A DNA stretch of 64,000 nucleotides from NCBI RefSeq assembly GCF_036365525.1, contig NC_090410.1, positions 12,754,062-12,818,061 of the forward strand. Reading direction: 5' to 3'. Under the pieces are notes generated by a model that searched no databases, was not told the origin of the DNA, and was given only the letters and a program-made list of their open reading frames with translations. Shown here one piece after another: positions 63,313 to 64,000 of this stretch. Position numbers and translations under genes: made by a program. The stretch comes from Heterodontus francisci (taxonomy: Eukaryota). Numbering within the stretch: position 1 is the stretch's first letter; each line of letters opens with the position of its first letter.

Positions 63313-63604
63313 CCTATAACCCTCCGAGATCAATTCCGGCCTCTTATGCATTCCCGATTCTAATTGCTCCACCATTGGTAGCCGCGCCTTCAGCTGTTTA
63401 GGCCTCAAGCTCCTCTAAATCTCTGATGATTTCCTACTTTAAGACGCTTTTTAAAACCTACCTCTTTGAGCAAGCTCTTGGGCACCTGTCCTAATACCTC
63501 AGTGTGGCTCAGTGTCAAATGTAGGTTGATAACACATCTGTGAAGTGTCTTGGGACGGCTGACTACATTCAAGGCACTTTACAATTGCAAGTTTTCGTTG
63601 TTGT

Positions 63605-64000
63605 TGTTGCTGGTGTTTATGCTCCACACGAGTCTCCTCCCGCCCTACTTCATCTATCAAATTAACTTTCTAGTCCTTTCTCCCTCATGTGCTTATCTAG
63701 CTTCCCCTTAAATATATCTCAGCTATTTTCCTCAAACATTCCACGTGGTAGCGAATTCCACATTCTGACCACTCTCTAGGTAAAGAAGTTCTCCTGAATG
63801 CTATCTTATATTTGTGGCTCCCTAGTTTTGGATTCCCCACTAGTGGGAGCATTCTCTCTACATCTACCCTATCAAACCCCATCATAATTATAAGATCTCT
63901 ATCAGGTCACCCCTCAGCCTTCTCTTTTCTAGAGAAAAGAACTGCAGCCTGTTCAGTCTTTCCCGATAGTTATAACTGCTCAGTCCCGGTATTATCCTTT
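63605..64000 (-). mobile_element. CR1 3' fragment, cut by window edge
   Basis: MMGFDRVDVERMLPLVG and CR1 tail. Confidence 0.8.

Overview
Repeat-rich vertebrate genomic DNA, most likely from a cartilaginous fish (shark/ray), judged from HE1-type V-SINEs, Deu-domain SINEs, CR1/L2/RTE LINEs and Penelope elements. Three protein-coding genes can be rebuilt by hand from splice sites. (1) B9D2, minus strand, complete: coding exons 12107-12194, 10706-10831 and 5939-6252 (175 aa), with a CpG-island promoter carrying RFX X-box-like motifs at about 13.1-13.5 kb. (2) TMEM91/SynDIG-family (dispanin/CD225) gene, plus strand, complete CDS: exons 49526-49975, 57426-57575 and 59444-59602 (252 aa). (3) The last coding exon of EXOSC5, minus strand, 62889-62987. 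The order B9D2(-), TMEM91(+), EXOSC5(-) matches the human 19q13.2 block as I recall it. Most of the remainder is layered transposon debris: two solo LTRs, a deleted LTR element with a tRNA-Leu PBS, several hAT elements with 8-bp TSDs, and a Penelope GIY-YIG fragment. The most noteworthy observations are a decayed DNA-level duplicate of B9D2 exon 3 upstream of the promoter, hammerhead-ribozyme-like motifs in Penelope termini, two long hairpins, a probable overlapping bidirectional promoter with an adjacent solo LTR, strong CTCF-like motifs, and a TMEM91 protein keeping SYNDIG1/SYNDIG1L-like N-terminal blocks. I cannot honestly claim a wholly new biological system from sequence alone. Family names come from recalled consensus motifs, not from database searches.
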